A stretch of DNA of 58,413 nucleotides, taken from Octopus bimaculoides. Its lineage: Eukaryota. The notes beneath the pieces were generated by a model. The model saw only the letters and a program-made list of their open reading frames with translations. It did no database searches and was not told the origin of the DNA. Of the stretch, positions 1 to 13,252 are shown piece by piece (positions within the stretch are counted from its first letter, which is position 1; every line of letters starts with the position of its first letter). Location: NCBI RefSeq assembly GCF_001194135.2, contig NC_068981.1:186237566-186295978 (forward strand), in the 5' to 3' direction. The position numbers were made by a program, and so were the translations under genes.

Positions 1-63
<63 letters not shown>

Positions 64-68
64 GGATG

Positions 69-111
<43 letters not shown>

Positions 112-208
112 GGATGGATAGATAAATAGATGGATGGGTGGATAGATTGATGGATAAATAGATAGATAACTGGATGGATGGATGGATGGATAAATAGATA
201 GATGGATG

Positions 209-296
<88 letters not shown>
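1..296. repeat. (GATA)n microsatellite with (GGAT) variants
   Basis: Direct reading of the tandem tetranucleotide. Confidence 0.98.
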
Positions 297-1279
297 CTCA
301 AATTCCCATTTCGAACTTATAGTGAGTTAATTAACAGTAATTAATTCATCTAATACCCATTCTACTGATCCAGAATATATTACGGCCAAATTTAATTCTA
401 AGCATTGTTATTACCATCTCCATTTTCCTCAACAACTTCATCGAATACGCTGATCTCCAGAATGTGATACCATTTTCGGAATCCATGATTTGGGTCTTGT
501 CTTTATTTTCTGAATAATTGTATCGTATCACTTCAAAGAATTCTAACATATGCTTCGATAATATTCTACAAGTTGGTATTTAAGTGGCGAAAGGTTAAGA
601 GGATTGATGTTTAGAGCTTGGTAGGTTTCTGTTGCTGCAATCCATTATTTTTCAGAGATTTCTCTAAGAATATTGCGATACCACAAAAAATAGACATTCC
701 TTATGCATTTGATATGGATTAATGTGTCATATTTATATGGCGCGTTGGGTAAAAATTCGTTATTAGCCATGAAGAACGTAATAGTTTATAATAGCGTTCT
801 GTACATCTAACCTAACGTGGATATACTATAGAAGGGTGCAAAACTACGGTATTCGCCGTGAGAAAGCATCTCACACGGACGTATAGTGTTAAAAAACACA
901 GAAGTGAATCGTATTACTTCTGTTTGATATCTATTTTCACTTCTTTTTCATAAGGATTCCAATTATGAGTATTCTTTGGTTCATGTATTCAAATATAAAG
1001 AATGCAGAATTATATTATTCGAGGCGAAATCCGTCAGCTTCTTGCCATTATTGTATTTCTGTGTTAAAGAAATATGTATTTGATTGGAAGATTACAGCGA
1101 ACACTAATCTGTCAATGAAAACTATTACATTATGTTAGCTTAATCCGTTTTTACAGTTGATTTCATACAGCTGTGGTGTTTTTAATCATCATCTGCAAAT
1201 ACGTGTAAAGTTGATATGTACACGCACATACTCACACCCCTCCCCGACATACATACATACATATACATACGTGTATATA

Positions 1280-1324
<45 letters not shown>

Positions 1325-1659
1325 NNNNNNNNNNNNNNNNNNNNNNNNNNNNNNNNNNNNNNNNNNNNNNNNNNNNNNNNNNNNNNNNNNNNNNNNNNNN
1401 NNNNNNNNNNNNNNNNNNNNNNNNNNNNNNNNNNNNNNNNNNNNNNNNNNNNNNNNNNNNNNNNNNNNNNNNNNNNNNNNNNNNNNNNNNNNNNNNNNNN
1501 NNNNNNNNNNNNNNNNNNNNNNNNNNNNNNNNNNNNNNNNNNNNNNNNNNNNNNNNNNNNNNNNNNNNNNNNNNNNNNNNNNNNNNNNNNNNNTATATAT
1601 ATATATATATATGCACATATGGGTACAGGACGTCACCAACAGCAAACAACATGAAATAC

Positions 1660-1903
1660 GAACATAGATCCTTGCTGAACAGATTTTTCCAGCAGCCACA
1701 CTCTTGAGCCAGGGTAGCACTACCTTCTCCAGGTAGTTGATGTAGGCCTCTGTGTTGAGTCTGAGGCCGCGTGGGAAGAGGAATGGATGCATAACCTCGC
1801 CATCACTAGTGATCGCTCCAAGCACCATGATATTGACTGGATGTTTGATTTTTATCACTCTCGCTACATGTTGTGGGGACACGGTAAATCAACGGTTGTT
1901 GAA
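1660..1903 (-). mobile_element. Tc1/mariner transposase fragment (DDD core, maT/DD37D-like), pseudogenised
   Basis: Minus-strand translation NNR*FTVSPQHVARVIKIKHPVNIMVLGAITSDGEVMHPFLFPRGLRLNTEAYINYLEKVVLPWLKSVAAG. This matches the recalled mariner motif TKHP..IMV.G..TSDGDVMPPF.FP.GLRLN.EAYI..LE.VV.PW. There is a stop at 1889-1891 (expected W) and a frameshift/truncation before the QQD motif. Confidence 0.88.
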
Positions 1904-2419
1904 GGAAATGGCGCCCCCCCAAAATGTATGAGTGTTCTGGGTAGAAATCACAAAATGTCTACACACAGGGCTATATAACTGAGTTATACAAACCACTGTT
2001 AACGTACAGAGACAAATATGGCTAAGACACACATATTTATCCACATTTTCTGCACGATTTTACTGAAGAATTTACATATGCTTTGAACAGGAAAAAAATA
2101 TAACGTGGTCGAAAAAATATACATTGTGTTGATTAAAGAAAAAAAGCACATAACAAATGTGTTAATAATGTTAAACTCTATTTCATTTGAAGTAAACTTA
2201 AAATCTCATTTCTTTTTCAAAATATTATTTACATTTTTTGTTTTTCTTTTTTTATCTGTGAACAAAAATTCATAAATATTTAAGAATAAAAATTTTCATA
2301 AATCTGTCAATTTAAATTTCTGAAAGACTTTGCTGTGAATGAAACAAAATTTCTAAAACACACCGATTTGTATTTATGGGGAGGGGCTGGGGTGAATTTT
2401 TATCTTTTACTTTTTCCAG

Positions 2420-2810
2420 TAGTTGGGCCGCGGCCATACTGGGGCATCGTCTTGAAAGAGTTACTCGAATACATCGACCGCACTTCTATATTCTTTTTCT
2501 TTTTGTATGTTCGGTGCTAATTCTATTGATTTCTTTTACCGAATCGCTAAGTTACGCGGACGGAAACAAATCAGCACCTGCTGTGAAGTAATAGTGCGTG
2601 TCAAACACAACACAAAGAAAGAATGCACGCACACACACATATTCATGCAGCGGGCCTGTTTGAATTTTCGTAAACAATATCCAGTCACAAGGCTCTGTTT
2701 GGCCCGGAGCTCTAGCTGAGGACACTTGCCCAAAGTACTGCCCAACGAGAACTGAACCGAAACCCACATGCTGGGAAGCAGGGTTGTTACCCACACAGTC
2801 ACACATGCAC
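2420..2810 (-). mobile_element. SINE family A (tRNA head + CORE-like segment), diverged copy
   Basis: Contains gacacttgcccaa, ctgaaccgaaacccacatg and ccacacagtcac, the reverse of the family-A head, plus a decayed 3' half. Confidence 0.75.
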
Positions 2811-4636
2811 ATATATACTGAAATAGAATTAAAGACTGTAATATTTCACGAGATAGGTCGTTGTCTAGCTCCAGGCCAGATCTGATCGTGTAGGCTCGAT
2901 ATCAAAGATACTCTAGCCGTGAATAACCCGTGTTATGTACGACTACATTATCCAATGTATTTTGACCTTATTTATGGCGATCTTATCATTTGATGACTGT
3001 TCAGCTGCTAATTTAACCAGTTGTGTGGTTATGGAAAGAATCTCTTGTGGAATCATACAACAGATATCGTGTTGCGCACTCGAGCAGAAAAGTTAATCTT
3101 AAATAACTGAACCTACTAAATTGGTCGGGGACTTATAGCAGCAAATGTTGACAAATGAAACATACCATTGACTACTTTTAAACTTCAAATGAAGTCCGCA
3201 CTACTCTTTCGATTCCTAAAATAAGGTAATTATAACGAAAAAGAGAAAAATAGGGCCACATCGAAACTCAATTCCTCGTTTCGAGAATGCAATTTTCATT
3301 TTTGACCTTATTTATGGAAATTGTCTTAATTATTTTAGGAAGGAGATAGTAAAAAGAACAAGATTTTCTTGCAAGTCTTGTCTCTTTCCCAAAAGGTGCA
3401 AAACTGTCAATGGAATTCATATGTTGGTGTCTATATTTTAAAGAACATTCTGTGAGTGAGTCACCAACTTCACAGACCAGAGTCCGAATACGAATATTTC
3501 GCAATTTGAAAAAATTATTTTCCTTTAATCAACTGAACACAGGATCTAAGTCAGAAACTTCTCACTCTTATTTGAAATCAAAGTATTCGTTACATATATG
3601 AGTATGAGTAATAATGATAGACATTTACAATAAGTGAGGTGACGGAATATATCGCGAGTTTGAACTATTTCCGTAACATTTCACAGAGATCAATATTTAT
3701 TTTCTTGCTTTAGGGTTTAATAAAATACCTAAGGAATAAGAACTGGGGGCGAGACAATAAATCCTTATAAACAAACAAACCAATGGGGCCACGTTTATAA
3801 ATGTAAGTAGGTGCGTGTAAGTATGTATGGATGGATATACGTATGTATGTATGTACGTGTATGCAACCAGTAAGTGTACGTTTGTACCTAAACTACTGTA
3901 CGGTAATACACAAAAGCTGGTAAATATATATTAAATAAATTAACCTTGAAGGAAATTGCAAATACAAATTTCAATATAATACTTAAAATGTGACAATCAC
4001 CTTTCCTTAATTCTTCATATAACCACCAGGTTTTTCTGAAAATGTGTTTTGACATTCTTCTTTTCGCGTTGACATTTGTGGAGGATAGATGACATTTATA
4101 CATCTTTTGTGTTGTGTATAGTGATTGTGAATGATTTTCTTCAATATCCTTCGACAAGAGTGAAACTTTCTATATTTATTGAACTTTTTATATTTATTGA
4201 ACTTTCTATATTTATTAGAATGGCTCTGAACGTCGTTTCTGACCTTTCTAACAATTACGATATTTTTATAAAGTCTCTCTACTTATAAGTAAATATGTTA
4301 TACGTCTACCACTTATCAATGTACAAATCAATTTTTAGTCAACAATATCGATATAATTCGGATTTGTACCAAACTATTAAAACTGTACGAAATGTATTTC
4401 ACATTGTAATACCAACAGCAGATACATATTGCCTATACATACACAGGATGCATTATCAAACAAATTTCGAAACTGATGGCAATTTAGTGCAAGTTAAGTT
4501 ACAAGACAAACGTTAATTCGCTTAAAATCATGAATCCGATATTAAACGCCATATTGATGTTTAGCCGCAGGTCAGCAAATATTGAGTTGAACTCTTTCCA
4601 TAATTATTTCATTATGGTTACCTCTGCGCCAGATTA

Positions 4637-4704
4637 AATGCTTAACTGCATTTCTTCCGGCTTTACGTTGAGTTTAATTCCGCTGAGGTCGATTTTGTGT
4701 TTCA
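4637..4704 (+). mobile_element. SINE family B 5' fragment
   Basis: aaatgcttaactgcatttc...gagtttaattccgctgaggtcgattttg aligns to the family-B body. Confidence 0.7.
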
Positions 4705-4708
4705 CAAT

Positions 4709-4881
4709 AAACAGATGTATTAGTATAACGCTTGGGAAGTGAAAGAGTCTTTAACGTTTCGAGCCCCTACGCTCTTCCACAGAAAGGAACACAGAAAGAA
4801 ACAAGGAGAGAAAATATAGAATGGGTAGTGACTAGCGATCTATCATGGCGAATGCCGGGCAGAAGGGTTCACACAGGAGAG
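4709..4881 (-). mobile_element. Hammerhead-bearing repeat (Penelope-like pLTR/retrozyme-like), copy 1
   Basis: The reverse complement aligns to 50379-50560 at roughly 85% by eye and contains the hammerhead-like core at 4749-4786. Confidence 0.75.
4749..4786 (-). ncRNA. Putative minimal type I hammerhead ribozyme variant
   Basis: rc = CUUU CUGUGGA A GAGC guaggg GCUC GAAAC GU U AAAG. Stem I is CUUU/AAAG, stem II is GAGC/GCUC, and stem III is the loopless palindrome AC-GU. Confidence 0.55.
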
Positions 4882-4907
4882 CTANNNNNNNNNNGTGTGC
4901 GTATGTG

Positions 4908-4948
<41 letters not shown>

Positions 4949-4959
4949 TTACATATTTA

Positions 4960-5076
4960 CATATGGTTCCGGGTTCAGTTCCACTGCGTGGCGATTTGGG
5001 CAAGTGTCTTCTACTATAGCCATGGGCCGACCAAAGCCTTGTTAGTGAATATGGTAGACGGAAACTGAAACGAACT
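4960..5076 (+). mobile_element. SINE family A 5' half
   Basis: B-box-like ggttccgggttcagttcc, then ttgggcaagtgtcttctactatagcc, ending in (TA)n. Confidence 0.9.
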
Positions 5077-5107
5077 TTATATATATATATATATATATAT
5101 ATAATTA

Positions 5108-5255
5108 CTGTCTACCAAATCCACTCACAAGGCTTTAGAAGGTCCGCGGCTGTAATAAAAGTAACCTGCTGAAGGTGCCACGTAGTGATACTGAACCTGG
5201 AACCACGTGGTTGAGAAGCAAGAAGCAAGCATCATACTGCACTGCCACACAACAC
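5108..5255 (-). mobile_element. SINE family A 5' half, inverted relative to 4960-5076
   Basis: ctgtctaccaaatccactcacaaggcttt...ctgaacctggaaccacgtggttg. Confidence 0.85.
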
Positions 5256-6005
5256 GTTGTAGTAAATACTTGATGCCTATGTTTTCAGAAAAATAATAGT
5301 ATATCACTATATAAATAGATAGATATATTGTAATATAAAATAAATGAATAGATGTATTAATCTGCATGCCAGTCAATTTCCTATTTTCATGCAAACAAAC
5401 ATTGTTTGGCATTTGTGAATTCTACTTAATGTAAAGTTAGAAAAATTATAACTATAACATTTTTACATGATTGAAAATATCTCAACAGGATTAATTTAGA
5501 CTACATCCTTTTTTATAGCACATACTTCAATATTACATGAATATTACATCACCAAAATATGATCGACTTTGACTACATCAGGATGTACGTATACCACTAC
5601 ATTTTCAAACTGCTATTATCTTTGGTATTATATTTCTTCAAATAGTACTTGCGTCTCAGCAAACGTTAATTCAAAAGCAAGCAATTCATGATAATATTGA
5701 AAACTACATTAGCGCACAGATTTAGTATGTAAAATATTTATGGATTTTAGAAAAATAAATGCCAAAATATACAAAAAAAAGAATTAAGTTTTTAGTTTAT
5801 ATCTAGTTTAGTTGCTGTTAAACAAAAATATGTTATTTCTGAATTAAATATATACGATATTTTCTTAAAAGGAAATGAGTACTAGATCTTTTCCTCTCAT
5901 GTCCTCTCTCTCCTTATCTCTCCCCCACCTACATATATATAGATACATATGTATATTTTTGTACACATATATATATATGTGTACATATATATGCATATAT
6001 ATATG

Positions 6006-6039
<34 letters not shown>

Positions 6040-6084
6040 CACACATATATATGCATATATACATGTATATATATATAAGCCTAC

Positions 6085-6293
6085 ATATATATATGTTTAA
6101 ATATATAGATATGCATTCATATATATGTATGTTTATACATATAGATATGCATTTATATATATGTGTATATGTTTATATATATAGATATACATTCATATAT
6201 ATGTATATATGCTTATATAGATATACATTCATATATATGTATATACATATAGATATACATACATATATGTATATATGTTTATATATATAGCTA

Positions 6294-6300
<7 letters not shown>
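6085..6300. repeat. TA-derived higher-order minisatellite (~36-42 bp unit, ~5 copies)
   Basis: Recurrent atagatat(g/a)catt(c/t)atatatatgtat unit. Confidence 0.75.
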
Positions 6301-6360
<60 letters not shown>

Positions 6361-6408
6361 GTATGTATATACATATAAACATATTCTACCTATCTTTCTA
6401 TCTATCCA

Positions 6409-6459
<51 letters not shown>

Positions 6460-6727
6460 TTATAATATTATATAGTATATCAGTTGCATATACGCACACG
6501 TACAAAAGCATACACACACACACATATATTGTATATCATATAAACATTTCATTCCCACACTCACAAAAACAGGAACATACCTACACTGACAAACACACTC
6601 ACACGCACACATACAACTGTATTGTTTTATATTTATAGTTATGTGCATCCGGCATGTCATATATAATATGAATTACATTATTTATAGTATATGACTTATG
6701 TGTGTGCGTATAACAGCTATGTGTGTG

Positions 6728-6870
6728 AAGTGGCATGGCTTTGTGGTCGAGCTCACAACCATGAGATAGTGAGTCCCATTGTCGGACCGGGTGACACGCT
6801 CAATCGGCGTTTGCATATCCCTTCTATAACATCCGTGGCATGGACAAGGGAGGCTGGTCTTTCTTCGCTG
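6728..6870 (+). mobile_element. Diverged tRNA-headed SINE fragment (C/D-like head)
   Basis: gtggcatggctttgtggt...cggaccgggtgacacg resembles the C/D head. Confidence 0.45.
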
Positions 6871-6886
6871 GATGTATGTGTGCGTG

Positions 6887-6917
<31 letters not shown>

Positions 6918-7520
6918 ACCAGATTGAGAACATAAATACGAAACAAGATGGACAAAATAGTACTCAAATACCAGAGGTAGAGTAACATGCTTTATTAAAA
7001 ACGGGCAACAATACCACAACAGCTGTTACTCAGAGTTACACGCTCTCGTTCGTCGGATAGTTTTATATATATATATATNNNNNNNNNNNNNNNNNNNNNN
7101 NNNNNNNNNNNNNNNNNNNNNNNNNNNNNNNNNNNNNNNNNNNNNNNNNNNNNNNNNNNNNNNNNNNNNNNNNNNNNNNNNNNNNNNNNNNNNNNNNNNN
7201 NNNNNNNNNNNNNNNNNNNNNNNNNNNNNNNNNNNNNNNNNNNNNNNNNNNNNNNNNNNNNNNNNNNNNNNNNNNNNNNNNNNNNNNNNNNNNNNNNNNN
7301 NNNNNNNNNNNNNNNNNNNNNNNNNNNNNNNNNNNNNNNNNNNNNNNNNNNNNNNNNNNNNNNNNNNNNNNNNNNNNNNNNNNNNNNNNNNNNNNNNNNN
7401 NNNNNNNNNNNNNNNNNNNNNNNNNNNNNNNNNNNNNNNNNNNNNNNNNNNNNNNNNNNNNNNNNNNNNNNNNNNNNNNNNNNNNNNNNNNNNNNNNNNA
7501 TATATATATATATATATATA

Positions 7521-7826
7521 AGGCTTGCTTTCAAACTACATGTTTGTGGTTTCGGTCCCACTGCGTGGCACATTGGGGAAGGGTTTTCTACTATAACCTC
7601 GAGCCGGCCAAAACTTAGTGTCTGTGTATTTTCCCGCGTCATTGCTTGACAGCTGATGCTGGTGTGTTTATGTTCCCCTAATTTAGCAGTTCGGCAAAAG
7701 TGACCGATACAATAAGCCCTGGGACCGATTTTTTCGACTAAATGCACTAACACCATTTAAGGCAGTGCTGCAATATGGCCGCAATCAGATGACTGAGATA
7801 AGTAAAAGAATAAAAGAAAGTAAAAA
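7521..7826 (+). mobile_element. SINE family A with internal deletion
   Basis: Head (ccactgcgtggcacattgggg) joined to the 3' half (gcttgacagctgatgctggtgtg...atggccgcaatcagatgactgagataagtaaaaga). Confidence 0.85.
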
Positions 7827-8677
7827 AATATATATGTATGTATGTATGTACGTATGTATGTGTGTATGTATGTATGTGTGTATGTATGTATGTATGCATG
7901 TATGATATATGAGCGTGTTCAGATGCTCTAACTACTCTGGAAGTAGATATATCAATATATCAAGAGAACAGCTTATACGCACTTTGTACACTCGGTTATG
8001 TGTAGGTACATGCGCGTATGTGTGTGCGTGCGCATATTTGTTTGTGCCTATGTATATATGTATGAATGTATGTATGTAATTCTATTTGTTATGATGCTAG
8101 TGATGAAATGAAAGCTCGCAATTAATCGATTGAAGAAGCTAATAGACTTTCAGTAACATACATTATATTACGTTAAATTAAAATTACTCCTAACATGTGG
8201 CTAATTATAAAGAATAATTTTAATTTAATGTAGTATGATATGGACATATATAAACGCCTACGGATATATATACATATCCACAAACAAAAATATATCTCTT
8301 TACAGACATGCATATATATTGATAGTCCCACATACATATAGACAGACATATTTACCAACGAATTATTTTAATTTAAAGCAGTATAACGTTTACACACATG
8401 CATATATATATATATATANNNNNNNNNNNNNNNNNNNNNNNNNNNNNNNNNNNNNNNNNNNNNNNNNNNNNNNNNNNNNNNNNNNNNNNNNNNNNNNNNN
8501 NNNNNNNNNNNNNNNNNNNNNNNNNNNNNNNNNNNNNNNNNNNNNNNNNNNNNNNNNNNNNNNNNNNNNNNNNNNNNNNNNNNNNNNNNNNNNNNNNNNN
8601 NTATATATACTATCGTATGTCCATTCGTTTTGTTTCACCTTGTTTGTTTGAAATCTGATTCTCTGCATCTTTCGCAG

Positions 8678-8923
8678 GCATTGCTACTGCCAGTACGGGA
8701 AGCTCCTTTAGTCTTATCATTAACGGCACAACATTCTGGTTGATAGCTAATGAAGAATTAGGGAGCCTCTGTGTATTATGCGAATGCGTTTTTATCTGCT
8801 GTTTATTTACAATGCATTGAAGTCTTTTAACGAAAGGGATTCCCCTTTCCAGAGGTGTCTTACATCCTAGATTCCTCCGCTTTATCCATATATCTGTGAA
8901 TTTACTGGAATTTGTATCTCTGG
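8678..8923 (+). other. Candidate non-coding exon (246 nt)
   Basis: Acceptor ctctgcatctttcgcag|G and donor TGG|gtaagt around unique sequence, with stops in all three frames. Confidence 0.3.
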
Positions 8924-9190
8924 GTAAGTCTTAATGTTTAAGACACCAGTACTATACACATTATGAAGTTCCATTATAGTCAGTCTATAATGATCTCACA
9001 GTCTATTAGAATGTAAAAAGATATATGTCAATTTTGGCCCTCACGAGGTCTCTGCATTCTGAACTCATAATGCAATTTTTAATTCTAAAATGAATGAAGA
9101 TGGATATTGAAACGATCGTAGGCATTACATAATCGATAGTTATGTAAGTAAATTGATTTTCCGGTATTCAAACTCACCATTTTCTTTATA

Positions 9191-9227
<37 letters not shown>

Positions 9228-9237
9228 NNNNNNNNNN

Positions 9238-9275
<38 letters not shown>

Positions 9276-9485
9276 CTCACGTACATATATATTCATGCAT
9301 GCATATATACATACGTTCACAGGTACATACATGCATAGACACATACGCACATAAATAAACATGCATACATACATCAACAAATATATCAAAGTTCCTTCCA
9401 GAGTTTTAGGCTCATAATACTGGTTTCACAGAATCGGTGCCGCAAATTCCGCCCCACACAGACACACACATACACACATAATAAC

Positions 9486-9610
9486 AGCTGGACGGGACGC
9501 CCGTCCGTCACAGAATTACTCATCTTTGTTAACATCCTCAACTGGAGCAACATGAAATGGAATACTTTGCTCAAGAACCGAACACATCACCCGGTTCACT
9601 AATCGAAACT
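9486..9610 (-). mobile_element. SINE family C fragment
   Basis: rc contains ttgagcaaagtattccatttcatgttgctccagt...gacggacgggcgtcccgtccagctg, homologous to 15895-15985. Confidence 0.75.
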
Positions 9611-9637
9611 ATTAACTTACGATTATTTTGGTTTCAG

Positions 9638-9865
9638 ATGTGCCTAGTTCTCGGTAGGAAACGCAGACGATGGAGCGGAATTTAACTCCATCATTCACCA
9701 AATGGCACATATCAGAGGAAGTTTCAAATAATGGTTTGGCACAGCCAACAGTGGTGCCACAGCATGGCCGCAGCTTTAAAGTTGAAACAAATTTAAGATG
9801 AAAGACTAAAGATTTGTGCAACATCCTAGCCACTAATTCACAAGCCACCTCCAGAGATACAGTGT
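9638..9865 (+). other. Candidate exon (228 nt) containing a 43-aa small ORF at 9670-9801
   Basis: Acceptor ttattttggtttcag|A and donor GTGT|gtaagt. The ORF reads MERNLTPSFTKWHISEEVSNNGLAQPTVVPQHGRSFKVETNLR*, with no family recognised. Confidence 0.3.
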
Positions 9866-10056
9866 GTAAGTGGAACAGTAGATTTACGCAACTGTTTTCT
9901 GAAGTTAAAAATGTGACATTCCAACGATTGATCTTTGTATCTTAGTTAGAAACCAGCTCCTACCTCAGAGGACGTATTTAAGTCATTAAAGACAGAAGAG
10001 TACATACATACATACATTCATTCATTCATTCATTCATACATACATACATACATACA

Positions 10057-10088
<32 letters not shown>

Positions 10089-10506
10089 CAAACATTCATA
10101 TATATATATATATATATATATACATAAATACATATACATGTGTACATACATACCTGAGCTAAAAATGTCAACAATGATAGCGCAGTCCATAATTTACTTT
10201 GAGATCAATAAAAGGTCAACACATGTCACTAGAAACAAAACAAAAGGCAAAAGTATAAAAAAAAGCAAATATCTATGTAAAAAGAATTAACAAACAACTT
10301 TAAGCTTTGGAGAAATCTGAGAAATTGCCAGAAACTCAAGTGTCATGACCTAATTAATCATTTTACATATATATATATATGTATACACACAACATATATA
10401 TATATACACACATACAACATATCTATATATGTATACATACACAGACACCATATATATATATATATGTATATACACACAGAGACAACATATATGTATACAC
10501 AAACAG

Positions 10507-10572
<66 letters not shown>

Positions 10573-11817
10573 ACATATATATATACATATACATACACAT
10601 ACACACAACATACATATATATGTATACATACACACATATACACATCCACATATACTTACACCTACATCCACCTGAGCATATATGCGCATATGAAAATATA
10701 TTTTTTGTATTTCATTTTAAGTTTAATTCGTGACATTTTAGTTTTTAACCACTTCACTACAAACTATATGTTGTTTATCCCTTTCAGCACATCTTTTGAA
10801 CCCCGTGGTTCCAAGTTCTATCACGTTAGGCAAGTGACTCGGTTATAGTTTTAGGCTGGTAGTGATATTTCATAGATGAAATCAATGAAATTCTTTGTTC
10901 GTGTGTGCATACGCGTGCGTGTATGTGTGTGTGCGTTTGTATCTGTATATGCAACTGTGTGTTTGTGCATGTGCGTTTGCCTGTGTGTATATGTGTGCGT
11001 GTGTTCGTAGTGTATATGAGATTGTATCTGTTTGTCTCAGTCTGTCATTTTAAGGCTTCAGCATGTTGCTAACTGTTATCAACTATACATTGTTTGACAC
11101 AAAGGTCTCTTCCTCACCATGGCCACCATCCAATGAGCGAAACCATACGTGTGTGCACCTGCGTGTGTGTGTGTGTTTATGTGTATGTTACTTACGAGCG
11201 TGTGCTTATGCTTGTGCTTGTATATGTGTGTGATTCTGGGCTTGTTTTACGCACATGCCAACGAGCCTGTGTACGAGTGTGTAATTTATGTAAACATAAG
11301 CATACACACTCTTATTTCTTAGTGTTTTGAGTTATTTGGTAATTTTCTTGTATATATATTTTGGAATTTGATTAAAGCTGAAATTTTTCTACAAAGTATG
11401 TAATGTTCTCGAAGAGAGCTTTCAGAAGTGGCATTTTCAAAGAATATTATTTCTGGATTAGAAAGCAATATTTCAGTTTGTTGGAAATAAGATACTTCAA
11501 ATGTTGCTAATCTAAGCTACCTGGAAAGTAATTTTACCTTCCTAATACATTCGTAAAGCTTTAATAGTCAGTGTGTCTGTTGCTAATTGTCTACGAGGTA
11601 AAATCTGAAATATTTCCGTAAGAAAACGGAAGGAAGTCCCTCCGGTTTGAAAACAATGCATTAAAATATTTGTTCATCATTTTAGAATAAGATATCTAGA
11701 GGAAGAAATACGGTTCTCCTGACATTTGCAGTCTCTCAAAAGCATGAATGAGGCCTCGGATTTCTGTGCAGTATCTTGGGAAAATATATTCTTATATATA
11801 TATTTGTATTCAAGACT

Positions 11818-12030
11818 GTGAACTGGCAAAATCGTTTGCGAGCCGGAAAAACTGCCTCGTGGCATTCCGTCCGTCTTCATGTTCTGAGTTCAAATTCTGT
11901 CGAGGTCATATTCATATTTTATCCTTTCGGAATCGAAAAAATAAGTACCAGTTGATCACTGGGGTCGATGTGATCGATTTAATCCTACATCAAAATTTCC
12001 GACTTTGCGCCAAAATTTGAAGTCAATATA
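11818..12030 (+). mobile_element. SINE family B (OK-like), tail type 3
   Basis: ctggcaaaatcg...ttctgagttcaaattc...atcctttcgg...aagtaccagttgatcactggggtcgat...gcgccaaaatttgaagtc. Confidence 0.85.
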
Positions 12031-12935
12031 TATTTGTAACCAGTGAAGTTTTGTGAATGGAAACGAATTAATGTATAATCCGTGGCAGCCGATAGAATTC
12101 ACTGTACTTGTTTATTTTATGGCCCACGGTGTAATCGTATCATATGACCATCGTGTACCTTGCGACCGGTTCTGCTCAGCGCAAGATTTCTGATCGGGTA
12201 TCTGGCTTGAAAATAAAATAATATTCGTCCCTTTCCTTCAAATCGTAGGCCATGCAAAAGTCCAGGGCAATGGCCTTTGTCTTCTCACCAAGTCATAAAA
12301 ACAAAACAAACAAACCAAAAAAAAAACTAAAGAAAAACATTTAAAAGGAAAATTGGATAAAAGATGCTTACAACGTTTGAAATTCCCAAGGATGATTCAT
12401 CCGAGTATTAGACTTAGTAAACGTTGTTTAACTTTGGTAAGCAGACGGGAACTAATGTTTTCAGCGTAAGATAGCCAGAAGCTGTTTATGTATATCTGCT
12501 CTTTTGTTATCAATGAATGTTGAATAATATGAAGCTCCTATTGGCTTTGAAGTGAGTTATACCAATAAATATGTTGTAGCTTGTTTTGTAAATTTTGGTG
12601 TTATTCCAAGAGTACTGAGTGCAGTAGAAATGGATACAGCGAAACAAAGGAGACATTTATCTTTATTCATGGTGTTTTTGTAAGTATGTGATAAAATAGT
12701 TGGTCGTTCGTAGATTCATCTGTGTCGAAACATTTATTGTAGTCAGCTAAATAGTGGAATACCTTATATTGACTGGCCCAATCTATGTTGTTTTCTCGGT
12801 TTTGCTAATGAATTTCAATGGCCCTTAGAACAATCTATCTATCTATTTTTCTGTCTATTTGTTTGTTTATCTATCCGTTTATCTATCTCTTTGTTTATCA
12901 GTCTATGTATGTTTTTTTCTTCTGTCTTGGTCTCG

Positions 12936-13015
<80 letters not shown>

Positions 13016-13217
13016 NNNNNNNNNNNNNNNNNNNNNNNNNNNNNNNNNNNNNNNNNNNNNNNNNNNNNNNNNNNNNNNNNNNNNNNNNNNNNNNNNNNNN
13101 NNNNNNNNNNNNNNNNNNNNNNNNNNNNNNNNNNNNNNNNNNNNNNNNNNNNNNNNNNNNNNNNNNNNNNNNNNNNNNNNNNNNNNNNNNNNNNNNNNNN
13201 NNNNNNNNNNNNNNNNN

Positions 13218-13252
<35 letters not shown>

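Noticed and set aside
297-780. Protein-like minus-strand peptides here and at 12420-12830 (possible decayed LINE)
   Set aside because: No diagnostic RT or endonuclease motif that I can recognise.
11407-11560. LSEVAFSKNIISGL fits the LRR LxxLxLxxNxIxxL pattern
   Set aside because: It is a single repeat followed by an in-frame stop with no splice sites, so likely chance.
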